This document shows, piece by piece, positions 62,285 through 64,000 of a stretch of 64,000 nucleotides of DNA. Source of the DNA: an uncultured Rhodanobacter sp. (GTDB taxonomy: Bacteria; Pseudomonadota; Gammaproteobacteria; Xanthomonadales; Rhodanobacteraceae); NCBI GenBank assembly GCA_964489055.1, contig CAZAXF010000003.1, forward strand, positions 11,087-75,086, read 5' to 3'. The notes beneath the pieces are model-generated. The model was not told where the DNA came from. It saw only the letters and a list, made by a program, of their open reading frames with translations, and made no database searches. Made by a program: the position numbers and the translations under genes. How positions within the stretch are numbered: the first letter of the stretch is position 1; every line of letters starts with the position of its first letter.

Positions 62285-63124
62285 ATGAGTGTCGCGACAA
62301 ACCGGGATCGATCGTCCACCGACGCGCTGGTCGAGGTGCGCGGCCTGCACACGCGCCTTGGCGGAAAGATGATTTTCGACGGGCTGGACCTCGACGTGCC
62401 GCGCGGCAGCGTGACCGCGATCATGGGCCCTTCGGGCACCGGCAAGACCACGCTGCTGAAGCACCTTACCGGCCAGCTCCGGCCCGATGCCGGCAGCGTG
62501 CGCGTGGACGGCAAGGAAGTGACGCGGTTGTCGCGCCGCGCATTGTTCGATTTGCGCGAACGGATCGGGTTCCTGTTCCAGAACTCGGCCCTCCTCACCG
62601 ATTTCAGCGTCTTCGAGAACGTCGCGTTCCCGCTGCGCCAGCATGCGCGGCTGCCGGAGGAACTGGTGCGCAACGTGGTCCTCACCAAGCTGCAGGCGGT
62701 CGGCCTGCGTGGTGCGGCACGGTTGATGCCCAGCGAGCTTTCCGGCGGCATGGCCCGGCGCGTGGCCCTGGCGCGGGCGATCGTGTTCGACCCGATGCTG
62801 ATCCTCTACGACGAGCCTTTCGTGGGCCTGGATCCGATCGCGTTGAACCAGGTCCTGCGCCTGATCGCAACGCTCAACCGAACGCTCGGGATCACTTCGA
62901 TCCTGGTTGCACATGAGCTGGCCGCGGTGCGCCAAGTCGCACGCCACATCCACCTGATCGCCGAGGGCAAGCTGGTCGCGCAGGGCGCGCCCGACGAACT
63001 GGAACAGCGTGATTCGCCGTGGACGCGGCAGTTCTTCGGCGGCGAGGCCAACGGCCCGGTGCCGTTCCACTATCCCGCGCCCGACTATGCCACCGAGCTC
63101 GGGCTCCCCGGGGCGCGCCGGTGA
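62285..63124 (+). CDS. mlaF: Phospholipid ABC transporter ATP-binding protein MlaF
   Basis: 279 aa with GPSGTGKTT, LSGGMARRVALARA and ILYDEPFVGLDP. Confidence 0.92.
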   Translation: MSVATNRDRSSTDALVEVRGLHTRLGGKMIFDGLDLDVPRGSVTAIMGPSGTGKTTLLKHLTGQLRPDAGSVRVDGKEVTRLSRRALFDLRERIGFLFQNSALLTDFSVFENVAFPLRQHARLPEELVRNVVLTKLQAVGLRGAARLMPSELSGGMARRVALARAIVFDPMLILYDEPFVGLDPIALNQVLRLIATLNRTLGITSILVAHELAAVRQVARHIHLIAEGKLVAQGAPDELEQRDSPWTRQFFGGEANGPVPFHYPAPDYATELGLPGARR

Positions 63125-63888
63125 GCGCCAACGTCCGTCGCCACTGGCTGCTGCAGGGCATCGCCACCGTCGGCGAGTGCGGGCTGTTTTTCCTGGCCAT
63201 GCTGGCGGCGCTTCCCGCAAGCGTGCGCCACTGGCGCGAGACCGTGCGCCAGGTATGGTTCGTGGGCGCGATGAGCCTGGTGATCGTGATGATCAGCGGG
63301 CTGTTCGTGGGCATGGTGCTGGCGCTGCAGCTCTACTACACGCTGTCGATCTTCGGCGGCACCTCGGCGCTTGGCACCGTGGTGGCGCTGTCGCTGTTCC
63401 GCGAACTGGGGCCGGTGGTGACCGCGCTGCTGGTGGCCGGACGCGCCGGCACCGCGGTGACGGCCGAGATCGGCCTGATGCGCGCCACCGACCAGCTCGA
63501 TGCGATGTCGATGATGGCGGTCGACCCGATGGCCTACGTGGCCACGCCGCGTTTCCTGGCCGGGGTGATCGCGATGCCGTTGCTGGCGAGCGTGTTCAAC
63601 GCCATGGGCATCTTCGGCGGGCACCTGGTCGGGGTGTCCTGGCTTGGCCTGGACAATGGCACCTTCTGGAGCAACATGACCTCCACCGTGTCGCTGCACC
63701 GCGACATCCTCGATGGCCTGTACAAATCCATCGTGTTCGGCGGCATCGTCAGCCTGATCGCGGTGTTCCAGGGGTACACCGCGCCGCCCACCAGCGAAGG
63801 CGTGGCCTATTCGACCACCCGCACGGTGGTGTTTTCCTCGATCGTGGTGCTGGCGTTCGACTTCGTGATGACGGCGTTCATGACATGA
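63121..63888 (+). CDS. mlaE: Phospholipid ABC transporter permease MlaE
   Basis: The GTG overlaps the mlaF stop (GTGA). 255 aa with typical MlaE similarity (ELGPVVTALLVAGRAGTAVTAEIGLMR). Confidence 0.92.
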   Translation: MSANVRRHWLLQGIATVGECGLFFLAMLAALPASVRHWRETVRQVWFVGAMSLVIVMISGLFVGMVLALQLYYTLSIFGGTSALGTVVALSLFRELGPVVTALLVAGRAGTAVTAEIGLMRATDQLDAMSMMAVDPMAYVATPRFLAGVIAMPLLASVFNAMGIFGGHLVGVSWLGLDNGTFWSNMTSTVSLHRDILDGLYKSIVFGGIVSLIAVFQGYTAPPTSEGVAYSTTRTVVFSSIVVLAFDFVMTAFMT

Positions 63889-64000
63889 GGGCTCGGGATG
63901 CAATTGCGTGCGTGTCCGTGGCGCGTTGCGCGCACGCCCTTGTCCTGCCGGACGCCGTGCCGCACCGTGGCGGAGGAACGTCACGCGAGGAAAAATGGAT

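Noticed and set aside
63995-64000. Possible start of mlaD (ATGGAT after GAGGAAAAA).
   Set aside because: Only two codons lie in the window. The call would rest on synteny expectation alone, so it is not reported as a feature.

Overview
High-GC (roughly two-thirds G+C by eye) chromosomal segment. Gene content and repeat types suggest a Xanthomonadales/Lysobacterales-type gammaproteobacterium (inference). I found no rRNA, tRNA, CRISPR array, integrase or transposase. About 55 protein genes are supported. Positions 0.3-23.3 kb hold a LacI-controlled glycan-utilisation locus. It contains an Oar-like TonB-dependent receptor, an ABC importer, an MFS sugar porter, GH1, GH3, GH39-like and GH144-like enzymes, and two secreted glycosidase-like proteins I cannot place in a family. 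The rest is mostly core metabolism and housekeeping: pgk, maiA, pckG, fadE, glpK-glpD, frmA-fghA, prfC, a MarR-GST-VOC-DUF899-YceI detox operon, a SAM-I riboswitch with metX-metB-hom, a class III cyclase-TPR protein, pepQ, DUF1631-PilZ, rph-rdgB-hemW, yicC, vapBC, gmk and mlaFE. The most unusual signals are non-coding or relic structures. (1) A 0.75-kb hierarchical tandem array of 120-bp units built from 10-bp-phased CRCGGAT heptamers lies between prfC and adhC. (2) GGGGACC heptanucleotide (G-quadruplex-type) microsatellites occur in five clusters and are translated inside rdgB and hemW. (3) Decayed duplicate fragments of pgk, lacI and gmk mark old insertion or deletion junctions. (4) There is a truncated PIN toxin next to an orphan antitoxin. 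(5) There is a 204-bp MITE-like palindromic element. (6) Several REP/hairpin families are present, some read through by ORFs. All start codons and repeat counts were derived by hand from the sequence and the ORF track. Family names are recognised from motifs and memory, not from searches.
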